Positions 49,112 to 61,650 of a DNA stretch of 64,000 nucleotides are shown piece after piece. Under the pieces are notes generated by a model that saw only the letters and a program-made list of their open reading frames with translations, made no database searches and was not told the origin of the DNA. The stretch lies in the NCBI RefSeq assembly GCF_009914755.1, contig NC_060947.1; one strand, written 5' to 3'. The DNA is from the human T2T-CHM13v2.0 reference genome, Homo sapiens. The translations under genes were made by a program, and so were the position numbers. How positions within the stretch are numbered: the first letter of the stretch is position 1; every line of letters begins with the position of its first letter.

Positions 49112-50805
49112 CTGAAAGTGGAGTGCAAAAAGAAACCTGGTTAATTGTAGTTTTATTATATTTAGTTCAAATTTTTCAAAGCATACCCTGACAGCATTTT
49201 AGCTGTAAATTAATAAACCATATTTATAAATCCTGAACAGTTAAAACCACACATAACAATTTTAAACTATGTAAATTAACTTTTAAAAACCCTTAACTAG
49301 AAAGCCATAAGATCCTATTTGTTTTTAGAAGCTTTCTTAATGTCTCAGAAAGTCTGGAATAAAGATGGGCATTAAGCATAACAATGATTGGCAGTTGATC
49401 TAAAAGACTAAACTAGCCAAATTTGGACACAAGGAGACACTTTTCCAGTAAATATATACTCGCCCCTTGGAATAATTTGCCATTTTGTAGCTTTTTAAGC
49501 CTAAAGGTCAATTCTTTGCTGATATACTTCTTTGCCATAAAAACCTGAAAGCAAATGACACATATTACAAGCTTTCAGAGAACAGATGGCTAATGTTCTT
49601 CTAGGTTCATTTACTACCAATTCTTTTTATTTTCATACTGCTTGTAATTAATAAAAACACATAAATAGATATACTGTCTCCTAACCAGAAGATTTGGTTT
49701 TTGTTAAGTTCTGTCATACATCTAGCTCTTTTGGGCTAATACAAAAAGCAACATTGGATAGACATACTTCTGGTACTGCCTCAGGAATCCAGTTTTAAAA
49801 ATAGAGACCACTACAGAAGCACTACAGTATAGGCTGTTGACAGTCAACTCTCTTAAAAAATTAAAGTATGCTGGCAAATGTTTGATGAGCTCTAATATAA
49901 AATTTCATTTATTTCCATTTATTTCATTTATGTTGTTATCAGCATATAGAAAGTAAGCATTAGCCTTATCTCACTTTTTTTCAAAATAAACTGTCTTGGT
50001 TTTTTCTGGGTCATCTCACAAGCACTACTGCATTATTAAATCCATAACTATATCAAAGTCATAGTTTAATAATATCTTTAGAAAGACCTTGACAAAGACC
50101 TTATCCAAAATGTGATACTAAATCTAATAACTTCCTATGAAAAAAGTAGGTGGAAAATATTTTTTCTTTTTTGGAATGATAAATTCAAAACAGCATCTCC
50201 TTAATGACAGTACTATTTGAAAGTATACTTTTAAAATGCTATACACATAAACATTATTGTTGAATGATAAAAAGCTATAATAGGTCAAATTCATATCTGT
50301 CATGTTTTACAATTAAGCCCTACCAAAAAATAACAATTATATTATTTCTTTGCTTTAAAATGCATCAAAATGTCTTTAAATACAGCTTATTTTATATCCC
50401 TATTAATATTATTCCTTTTCTTTGTGCATTTAAAAAAATCTGGTATGCCACCTTCTGGCAACTGAGTGAAATTATGTATTTCTACATAAGTCACTATTCT
50501 TTATTTTAACTTTTTAAATATATGTATATATAGATATTTCTTACCTGCATTACATTTAAGCTATATAAATAAATCTATAACACAGTCTGAAGTAAAATAA
50601 AATTCCCTTAGAAATCTTATTCAAAATCAAGCTTTGTACATGCTTCCTATGATTTTTGCATGGTTACCAATATGTCTCCTGAATTCTACAATACATCTAA
50701 AATTGATTTTTGTATATCGCTTCACAGCCACATATGGAAATAACAGGCTTGCTATTTTAATGAGTAAGTAACAGCAGTAAATAAAGGAAAAGAAAGGTCT
50801 CTTAC

Positions 50806-50846
50806 CAATAAGCCCATTTTTCTCTTAAGGTTTGAACTCTCATCAT
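50806..50846 (-). CDS. KLHL13: KLHL13 alternative first coding exon MMRVQTLREKWAY(W)
   Basis: ATGATG start; 41 nt; donor TTG|GTAAGA; open frame only through the 66-nt exon. Confidence 0.85.
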
Positions 50847-51001
50847 TTGTCATGTTCTTGTGGATCCCTCTCTCATCAAATTCTCTGGAGTTTTAAAGTT
50901 AAGAGCTGTGATGCACAGCTAGGCTCTGCTACATAGTAGCGCACCCCAGTGCATCTGCCTGGTACAACACTTCAGTTGTAGCTCCCAAAAGCAGAAACAG
51001 G

Positions 51002-51010
51002 CTTTATATA
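51002..51010 (-). promoter_or_regulatory. Candidate TATA box for the MMRVQ isoform
   Basis: TATATAAAG on the minus strand ~155 nt upstream of the ATG, preceded by a T17 tract. Confidence 0.45.
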
Positions 51011-51574
51011 TTTAAAAAAAAAAAAAAAAACCTATGTACTGCATACCTTCCCTTGATAGGAAATTGTAGTCAGTGTAGTTGAACTATTTATATTTCATAT
51101 CTAAACTGCTGGCCAGATATGAAAATGAGAAGCACATATATCTTGAACTTAGTTCTGGTAAACTGAACAGGAACAAAGTGTTCATCTTTGGAGCAAAGGT
51201 GGAGTGAGACAAATACTAACACCAGGAAATCCAACTTAGAAAAAAAAACATGCTTACCTGAAAGTAACCTTATTTTTTTAAGGGTCACTATCCTGCTATT
51301 TGTTGTATTATCTTTATTTTTTATTATCTTTAATTCTTCCCTCTCTCTTGCCCATAGTTGCCAGTCATTAAGTCCTATCTTTTTTTCTTTATCAATCTCC
51401 CAGGAATCTAGCCCCTACTGTTTTTTTTAAACAAATGAGCTACTTCAAAAATACATATAACTCATCTCCCTGCATTGCCCGTCTTCAATTTGTCAATCCC
51501 ATTCCATCTAGATCGCTTTTTAAAAATAAAACTACACATGATGTAAAGTAAATGATCAATGAATAATTTTACAG

Positions 51575-52050
51575 TAAGTATGTATTTATTGAATTGGCTA
51601 CATGTTAGGTACTATGTTGGGTGGTGTGGATGTAAAGGTGAACCAGACACAATCCCTGGCCCTCAGGAAGCTCATAAGCTGAGTGAGGGAAGCAGGCATG
51701 TATTCTGACAATACAAAATATGGTGTAGAAGCTTTAGTAATATAAGCCTAGCATTCTACAGCAGCAGAGGAATAACAAAAATTCCGTTGCAACTGAGGCT
51801 GAAGAATGAAGCATACATCAAGTGAACTCTAGAAGAAATAGCCTGTGCAAAGAAAGAAACATGTGAAGGAATACAACATGTTGCAGGGATCAGCAAATTC
51901 TTCGATATGACTGAAAAGAGTTCAATATTACTGAAAAGTGGGTACATAGTGTTGAGTGGAGTAGATTTTAAGGTATGCAGAAACCACATCACAGAAGACC
52001 ATGCACGCCAGAAAACAGGTTTGGATTTTATCCTGTGGGCTATGAGAAAC
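51575..52050. mobile_element. LINE-2 remnant
   Basis: tatttattga...ctacatgttaggtactatgttggg...ccctcaggaagctca...tttggattttatcctg. Confidence 0.6.
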
Positions 52051-55000
52051 AATCTGTTGAATGAGTAGATCAATCAAATAATTAATCAAGTAACTAAGCC
52101 TAGCACTAAGAACTCAGTACATACCGGCCAACCTACTCTTCCAGTTTACTGTAGTAAATCATAACACCAACTTCCAGTTCTCTATGTCAAAAGCTTTCTT
52201 TGTTCTTTCTCGCCTTTGCTCCAGAGGTCCCTCTTGCATGAAATCTCTTCCAAACTCCACTTTCCTGAACTCAACCCATTCTTCCAGATCCAGCTCAAAT
52301 TCCATTTGCTTCTGTGATATCTTACATGGTAATTTGAGTCTATGGTTTTAAAAATATTCTTTCATTACAGGGACCAGAAACCACGCATTCTTGCTAATGT
52401 TTAGCACTCAATGTTGAAGAAATCTTTTTGATCCTTTGCCCACAAAATAAAAGAGGATGGTGAGAAAATCACACTAAGGCAAAGGTCAGAGCCTCAGAGT
52501 AAGTAAGCAGGTCCCTGAAAGCCCACCTCCCAGACTTCATAGTGCACGCTAATCTTAGTAACTTCCTTCACCACTCTGAGCCTGAAAAGGAACAAACATG
52601 AATTGTGAAGAGAGATGGACCTGTGTTGGGCAGCAACTCTAAAGTACTATGCAACATTGCTGGCTGTATACCTCACAGCCCTGGTTCAAAAATTCCAGGG
52701 AATCGATGAGAAAGGGATACCGACAGAAGAGCTGAATGATGGAGCTGTGACCTTTGGAAAAATAGAGCTGTAAGTGGAGAGAAATTGTGATTGTGCTTTA
52801 CTACTCATAGTAAACCAAGATAATTCACCCAAAGATCCATATAATAAACAAAAGGAATTCATGAAGATCTCAGAAAGAGATGAGTGGGTGAGTGTAGGTG
52901 CTTGGGTATAGAAGGTTTAGAATCTCCAAGGGTGAGCTTTAATAGGAGGAAATCTAAGTGTAAGAAAGAGGTGTTTCAAAAAGGGTTAATAATGTTAGCT
53001 AGGAGATTAGGATAAGAAGCTATCAGAGAAACATGTCCTTGGGTCTAAATATTTAGTATTCTCTCTCTGTGGAACCACATTCCATTATGCTCAGTGTCAA
53101 ATACCCAGTAAGTACGCAAGCTTTCGTTGATTTTGGCACTTAACATTCAGCTTTGTCTCATCCTTTTTATGTATGCACAATCTCTTAGATTTATGCAATG
53201 ATGCAAAAACCATGGTGATTTCTTTTATGTAAACAATAAAAATCTTTCCATCTTAGTCAACTGTTTTATGTTAAAATGGATTAAAAGATTCTGCCAATAA
53301 TTTCAAAAAGTAGTTAACACTTAAAAATATTCTCTCAATGACTTAAAGCATTCCCAGATAAAAGCTGTCTACACCTTCCTTCTTTTTTATTGAGTGAAAA
53401 AACTGACCAGTTGCCTTTCCACTAACTTATAAGGAAAAAAAGCAAGTACAGAATAAGAGGAGAATGTGAGTTGGTGAATGTGCCACATTTTCCAAATAAT
53501 CTTCAAAAACAGGCAGTACTTGGGGGACATTAAAATGATTTAATCAACAGCACCTTCAGAAGAATGTTTTTAAACTGGGTATCAATGGCACCATAGATTT
53601 TAAAACAAAGAGAAAATAAGCCAGACCATTTCCTCATTTAGTTTTGTGAAAAACAGACAAATTGACAGATTATTTCCTTAGGGCCTGGTAGAAAAATCTC
53701 AACAACCATTTTATATTATATTTTGATTAGAATAGGTGTTTTATCCAAATTCACATAACTAGTTCATCTCTAAGTTGCAAAGGCAGAAAGGGAGGAGGGG
53801 TAACTACCTCTTGGAATTCCACAAGTGTCATATAATAGTGATTATGATGACAGGATCAATACTAGTCTAGTATAAATAATTCAGTTACATTCCATGTAAA
53901 ATACCATTGTGTTATCTCATCCATAGCAGTACTCTTTCCCTTTCTTCTGATGTATGTAAGATGGTTCAGAGCAGGATGACTTAAGTGGTTTACAGAATTT
54001 TCTGTCCTGCTGAAATATCCATAGTGATAGATTTTGAGAACCACTGATCTAAAGAAGGGTTAGCCAGGAGTATTTATATTGGAAGCAATTGCTCATGCTC
54101 CTATAGTCTAGAAGTTCATGTTTCAAGTGATTTATCAGATTTCAGTAGATTACCACTCAATCTAATGGGGAAGATGGGGGTCAAAGGAAATAAAATGAAT
54201 GGAAATGTCATTTGCTGCTACTAATAACTGCTGCCTGCATTGTCACTGAATTAGGAAAAATGGCAAAGAAGGCAGAAGGCCAAAGTCTCATAACCTCCCA
54301 ATCCTAATTGAATGAATCAGGACCCTCTTATACATTTCTAAAATGGAACAAAACTTGTGTCCTACCACCATATGGAACAAGAAATGATAGACAGTATCTC
54401 ATTAGTAATTCAAACTACTTAATAGGTATGAATTATTCAAGATTGACTACGAAATATACCAACTTATATTTTACTCACCTAACTCTTAAATCAATTGCTA
54501 TTTAATAGTTACACTGAGAATTTGAAAGGGCCAAGATATACATGCCAGAACATTAGGAAGTTTAAAATTTTTATCATGTTAGTTTGGAAACATAGAAATA
54601 AGCTAAATGACATTTCAAAGACTAAAGGGCAGACATAGAGGGTTAATGAGGAAGTAAGAATTATTTTCCAACCTAATTTTTCTATCCAGATACTCCACAA
54701 AGTATTTTACTTGCTTTAAATGTCAGTTTAACCTCAGCCAGCAGAATTCCAAGTAAAAGAGTTTATTATACCTCTTTATTTTTAACAGTTTCATTTTCAT
54801 TTTCAACCTGATCCTGAGGTAGGCAATGCAGGCATTAATATTCCCATTTTACTCATGAAGAAACAGAGCTGTTAAATGCCTTGGCTCAAGTGACATAGCC
54901 GCTGAGAGAAGTGGAAAACAATAAGCCAGGTCTCCTGATACCTAATTTGGTGTTTATTAGTCACCTCTGTATTGTATTAATATTTATATTAATATTCATT

Positions 55001-57408
55001 TTAAGGAAAAACTACAAATATGACTCCTAAACACCTCCCCTCCAAAAAAAAAAAAAGTCTTCACATAAATGGCTGGAGGAGAGGAGAAGTAAGGAATAGT
55101 TAATGGAAGCTACAGAATAGCTATATGACAAAAGTTACATAAATGATCAACCTATACCTGTACCAGAAATATCTTCCCAATGCCAATTCCACAGAGTTCT
55201 CTTTCATCTAGTAATTAGCAATTTCTTGGCATACATTTCAAATATGTCATACTCCTTCATGCCTCAGTGACTTCACATCTGATTCCACTTGGAATTCCCT
55301 GCCCTTCTACTCTACCAAGCAAACTTCTAGTCATGCTTAAGTGTTCAAGCAAACCTCCCTCAGTGAAACTTTCCCTCACATCCCTTAGAAGATACAGGTA
55401 ATGGGTTTGCTATCCTCCTGTGATACTTTGAATATTATAGCTCCTCTCTCTTTGGGTTAAAACTGCTTCTATGTCTCCCTAGACTATAAATTCCTGAGAA
55501 CTGAGGTTGGGCCTTCCTTATGTTTGTATTATACCTAACTCAGTGCCTGTCACATAGTAACCCAATTATAGGAGGCGATTTTGGTGAAATCAAGCCAGCA
55601 GAGGTAGGTTCTTCCCTCCTCCATGCCTAACTACACTTTTCTGATGATAATTAAATAAGAAATCATTAAAGGGCCTTTTCCTCCCAAAACTAAGATTTGA
55701 ATCATAAGAAAAAATAAAATGTTACAATTGCACATAGCATACCTAAATGGCTCCTTTTGATGTTTGCATGACAGACCCTATGTGTGCCTGGCAGGGGGCC
55801 CAGCATAGTAGGTATATAATAACTTTATGATAGAAGAATGAGGATGGGGGTGTGAATGGATCAATAGGTGACTGCTGAACTGAACTGAGTAAGGAAAACA
55901 CTTAACTACCATAAGGAAGGGAAATGTCAGTAATCAACTTTCTAAGTCAAGATAGGATTGGTAAAGCAAATGAATGCATTTTATTAGTTTGTTACCACCT
56001 AGGCCAGGGAATATTGAAAAATGAAACAATATCTCCTAAAAGCAGTCATTTTGTGGACTGGTAAATGAAAAGGACAAAAAGTATATTCTTTGGACTGTTA
56101 AATCCTATTAAATTACTGTTGCTACAAGTCATGACGAAAGAGTAAACCACAAAATCCAATTTTAACAATCACTGCTCCACTACATGGAGCAAAAAAATGA
56201 AATAGCAAATTCAACCAAGCAAGTCACTGCACATCACCAATACCTGGTAATGTAAATGGTATGCTGAGCAGTCAAGAGCAAAATATACAAATGACACACA
56301 AGAGGGCCCAATGCGAACAAGCCCTTTTAACGTTCAAAACAGAGAAAAATAAACATATTTGATTAAAGATCTATGAATCCTGTTCCAATGAGAGAATTAT
56401 AATTTAGGCTTAAGGAAATGTCTCAAATCCCTTTCTCACCCCATTTTCTGGCTTCTCCTTTGTGCAGACTGGTGGAGGAGAAATATCAAGAATATTTACA
56501 TAATGAACAATATAAAGAATAAAAGACAATGGGGTTCCCCAAAGGGAAGAGCTTATCTACAACATGGTTTAACATGCATAGGTTAGGGAGTGGGTGTGGA
56601 GGTTCCTGCAGCTCTGAGGGCTAACTGATGCAGATCATTAACCACTATCTCCAGTGTGTTTTTGGGGTATGTTTGGAAAGGCTGGAAATTTTCATTAAAA
56701 AGTAAAAAAAAAAAAGTCTTATAAATGAGAGTTGTGTTTTGCTAACATTAGACTTGAATTTTGGGACACAGAAACAGAATGTATAAGCCCTTATGTGCTA
56801 GTTGGTAATACAAAAGTCATAAAAGCTTCTAGGAGCATATTAATCCTGAAGGAAGATTGGCTCAGGAGCCACAGAGAACAGACAGCCAAGGAGAGAGATA
56901 CTAACAATTAAAGGTGAATGCCCAGAACCATGAAAAATGGTAACCAGAAATATGATTCTGTATAAACCAATCCCAAGCCAAGAGTAAACATAATACTCCA
57001 TCATTTCTAATTCAAAATTTAGAATTCATTTTGCCACCTTTATTGGTTTCATCATCTTAAGCTTTTATTCAAAAACTTTCCATGACTCCTTATTTCTATG
57101 GATGTATTTGTAGACTCCACTTTCAAGGTCCCCTCAACCCCCAGCCCCACCTTATCTATTCAACCCTATTTCCCATTACAGGTAATCCCAGATTTGCACA
57201 CAACTAAAAAACACAGTACCACCATACCCAGAACTGCTACAGAAGTTATTCTTAAAAAGTAATAATAATAAACAACTTGCAGCCTATAGTAAACCTGTGA
57301 AGAGGAATACACAAGAACAATTTGGGGGAGGGAGGTGGAGAAGAAAGGAAAATTAGGCAAAGCTCTTGGCCAAAGCTTTCCTTATCTCAAAATATCTTCT
57401 CCTACAGT

Positions 57409-57412
<4 letters not shown>

Positions 57413-57460
<48 letters not shown>
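57413..57460 (+). repeat. (CT)n microsatellite, ~24 units
   Basis: Uninterrupted CT run. Confidence 0.97.
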
Positions 57461-57464
<4 letters not shown>

Positions 57465-58444
57465 CCCTCACCCCCCTCCCACATTGTTTGCTCTGTACCA
57501 GTGCCAGAAATTCCAGCAATTACAGGTTCATTTGAGCTAACAAGAAGGCTGTTAAAATTAAAGTAAGTACAGCTGCCAGGATGAGGTGGCTATCAGTTAT
57601 TCACACATTGGCATGAATGAGTTGAGTCAAGTTTCTTCAAATAGCAAAGAGCTGTTGCCCTGAGGGAATGAGGCAGGCTGGAGGTGAGAGAGAGCCTTTT
57701 AGAGCCCTAGCAACTTTGGATGGGGTTCTGTTTCAAGGAAGTTAGCAGCATGGGGTGCCTTGAGGGATAGAGAAACTTTCTCTTAGAGAAACTGAGATGT
57801 AAAAAAAAAAAAAAAGGTGCAGAAAGGGTCATAGGAGAACAACAAATCTCAATTTCTCTATCACTCTGTCTTCTAGCCCAGAATCCATCGCACCTTTCCT
57901 GACTCTCTGCTCCCAGGCTCTGGAGCACTGTCCCTGGGATAGTTCACTACTAAGTAGGTTAAATACAATATTTTGAGCTGGCTAGAAACCATGTATATTA
58001 TGTGTCATGTCCAAACAAATGGTTTGTAAATAAATCTTTAGAACACACCCTGTTTATAGGTTATGATCTACTTGTAGTTTTCAACATATACCTTCCCCCC
58101 ATCAACACACATACACACACCCTAATTAGACTGGTCTCTTCTCTGTTTTGCTAAGGCTGGGCTTTTTTTTTTTCCTTTTTTTCTGTCACCACCCATTCAA
58201 CTCATAAAACATCCCTTTTGCATAGTAGATTGTGGCTGCCTCTCTGTTCACACAAGTTCTGCCCATTCTTAAGTTCTAAATCAAGCTCTACCTTTTTGAA
58301 GTATAATTTGATTACCCCCAGCACTCCCCTTTTCTTTCTAAACTCTTTCAGCAGTTACTATACAATGTTCATAGTTATTTATTCTTAGGTGTGTTCAACT
58401 TAGCTTCCCAAATGAAGACTGTAAACTAGCTTTCTACAGGCAGA

Positions 58445-59180
58445 GCCCATTCAATAATCCACCCAAGCATTTAATAAGCATCTACTTTGTACCAGGGGCT
58501 GTGTTTAGGGTGGAAGTTCAAAACTAAGTAAACCCAGTTTCTCACCTTCAAGGTGGACACAACCCACGGAACATCAGTTACAGTCACAGTACTATATAAG
58601 CTATGCTATAAATGAGATATGTTCCAAAGGATATAAGTGCACATGGAGAGCCCTAAGTGGACTAGCACAGAGGATCAGGGAAAGTTTCACAGAGGTGACA
58701 TCTGAGCTGAGTATTTCAGAATAAGCAAGAGTATGTCAGGCAGTCAAGTGAGACAGAGGGGATGGTTAGGAGAGAGGGTGCGGGTGCAAGACTAGTTAAG
58801 GCACAATTGCAATTGTGACAACATAAGATCTTAAACTAAGGCAGTGGTAGTGGGTGACATTCAAAAAGACTTTTAGGAGACAAAATTGACAGGATTTACT
58901 GACTGGAGATGATGATAATGGCTAACATTTGTTTGATCACTTACCATGTGCCAAGCAGTGTTATAAATGCTTACCACATTTAATCATTTAACTTATTTAA
59001 TCCTTACCAAAGCCTTATAATGCAGTTACTATTAACATCCCCATTTTACAGAAGATAAAACAAATACATAGAAAAATCAAGTGACATGACTAAGGTTACA
59101 CGATCTGTAAATATTGGAACTGGAATTTGAACCCAAGCAGTCTAGCTCCAGAGCATATATTCTCAAGCCCTCTACTATGC
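58445..59180. mobile_element. LINE-2 remnant followed by a MIR
   Basis: aagcatttaataagcatctactttgtaccagg; then atggctaacatt...ccccattttacaga...ggaatttgaacccaagcagtctagctccagagc. Confidence 0.7.
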
Positions 59181-59255
59181 TACCTTTAAATGTGAGATTT
59201 TTAGGGAGAGAGGAAGCCCAGAGGACTTCCAAGTTACTGAGAGAGAAAAAGGTAG

Positions 59256-59617
<362 letters not shown>

Positions 59618-59779
59618 TAATTTTTCTCCCTGTTTCTAATTTCAAAAGCAAATTTTGCTCTAAAATGGTTTCCCACCAACTCCCATCTTTCCATCAACCA
59701 CGAATGCCAATATTAAGTTGGGGTTTTGTTTGCACTTGTACATAGAGTTTAGTTTAATTTCTTCCTATATATCCTAGCA

Positions 59780-60116
59780 TCTTCCTCCCTCCCCCTCTTC
59801 CTTCTTTCCTTCTTCCCTTCCTTCCTTCCCATTTTTAGTGACAGGGTCTTGTTCTGTCACCCAGGCTGGAGTGCAGTAGTGTGATTATAGGTGACTGCAG
59901 CCTCGAACTCCTGGGCTCAAGTGATCCTCCCACCTTAGTCTTCTGAGTAGCTGAGACTACAGGTGCTTGCCACAATGCCCACTAATTTTTTTATTTTTTT
60001 AGAGATGGGGTCTCGCTATGTTGCCCAGGCTGGTCTTGAACTCCAGGTCTCAAGCAATCCTCCATCCTCGGTTTCCCAAAGTGCTGGGATTACAGGCATG
60101 AGCCACTACACCCAGA
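59780..60116 (-). mobile_element. AluJ element with CT-rich tail
   Basis: acagggtcttgttctgtcacccagg...gaactcctgggctcaagtgatcctccc. Confidence 0.9.
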
Positions 60117-60355
60117 AGCCTATTCTAGCATTTTCTGAAATGGTACTGGTAATCAAACCAAACAGGTACCTGGTCTTGGCCTCAGTCTGTTTGTCCTCTG
60201 TTCCAGTCTCACTGGGCACATTCAGCTTCTTCCTTGAATTATTTATAGATTTGGCTTATCACCTTTAGGTTGGAAGTTTTTCCTAAGGCAAAAGTCACAT
60301 CTCGTTCAACTTTCATAAACAGCAACTAGTGTCTAATATGTTCTCACTAAAAATT

Positions 60356-60650
60356 GGCCAGGCACAGTGGCTCACGCCTGTAATCCCAACACTTTGGGAA
60401 GCTGAAGTGGGAAGAGTTCAAGACTAGCCTGGACAACATAGTGAGACTTCATCTGTATAAAAAATAAAAAATAAAAATAGCAAGGAGTAGTGGTACATGC
60501 CTGTGAGGGACGCTGAGGTGGGAGGATCACTTGAGTCATAGAGTTCAAGGCTGCAATGAGCTATGATGGTGCCACTGCACTCCAGCCTGGGCAATAGAGC
60601 GAGACTCTGTCTCTAAAACAATAATAATTATAATAATAACATAATAAAAA
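60356..60650 (+). mobile_element. AluJ element with two short internal deletions
   Basis: ggccaggcacagtggctcacgcctgtaatccc...gagctatgatggtgccactgcac; (AAT)n tail. Confidence 0.9.
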
Positions 60651-60944
60651 TTAAAGTTAGTTGGCTTGAACATAAAACAAAATGTCTCTTTGAAGCTGCC
60701 ATTTTTCATTCATTTGTGAACTGCCTTCATGTGTCATATCAGTACCATCTTATTTTTTCTTTAAAACTTACATTTATCTTTAAAGGAAAACTTATTACTG
60801 CAAATAGGAAACTAATAATTTCTCATAAAAAGAAGACAATTGTAAAAATACATACTTAACTCCTGTAATAAGAAATGCTTATGCACAACCTAACATCATC
60901 CTATTCCCCATAAAATGTCACACATACCACACTACTGGGTAAGT

Positions 60945-61650
60945 CTTATTTTTTCCATACTGAGGTGAAATCCACATAAGATAAAAGTAGTGATTTTTTT
61001 TTAATTTTTTATTTTACTTTAAGTTCCAGGATACATGTGCAGAATGTGCAGGTTTGTTACATAAGTATACATGTGCCATGGTGGTTTGCTGCACCTATCA
61101 AGTAAACAATTCAGTGGCATTCAGTGCATTCAGAATGTTGCGCAACCACCCCCTTCTATCTTGTTGTGAAACATTTTAATCAACTCCAAAATAAAACCCA
61201 TACCCATTAAGCAGTTGCTCCCCATTCTCTCCTCCCTGCCCCTAGCCCCTTGCATCTGCATTCTGTCACTATGGATTTATCTATTTTAGTATTTCACATA
61301 AATTGAATCATATAGTATCTAATCATTTGTGCTTGGCTCCTTTCACTAACATAATATTTTGGAGGCTCATCCACCATTTACTAGTATATTAGAAGTACTG
61401 ATACTTCTAATATACTATATGGCTGAGTATTCCATTATATGTACATACCACAATTTATTTACCCATCCATCAGTTAATGGGCATTTGAGCTCTTTCCACC
61501 TTTGGGTATTGTGAATAGTCCCTCCCTGCACATGGGTGTACATTTGTTTGAGTACTAGTTTTTAATTTGGGGGGATATGCACCTAGGAGTTTCTGAATTT
61601 CTGGGTGAACATATGATAACTCTATGTTCAACTTTTTAAGGAACCTCTCA
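60945..61650 (-). mobile_element. Old L1M(B) 3' fragment containing a ~105-bp L1PA 3' end (60994-61100)
   Basis: gaggtgaaatccacataa...caattcagtggcattcagt interrupted by T-tail + aagttccaggatacatgtgcagaatgtgcagg. Confidence 0.8.
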
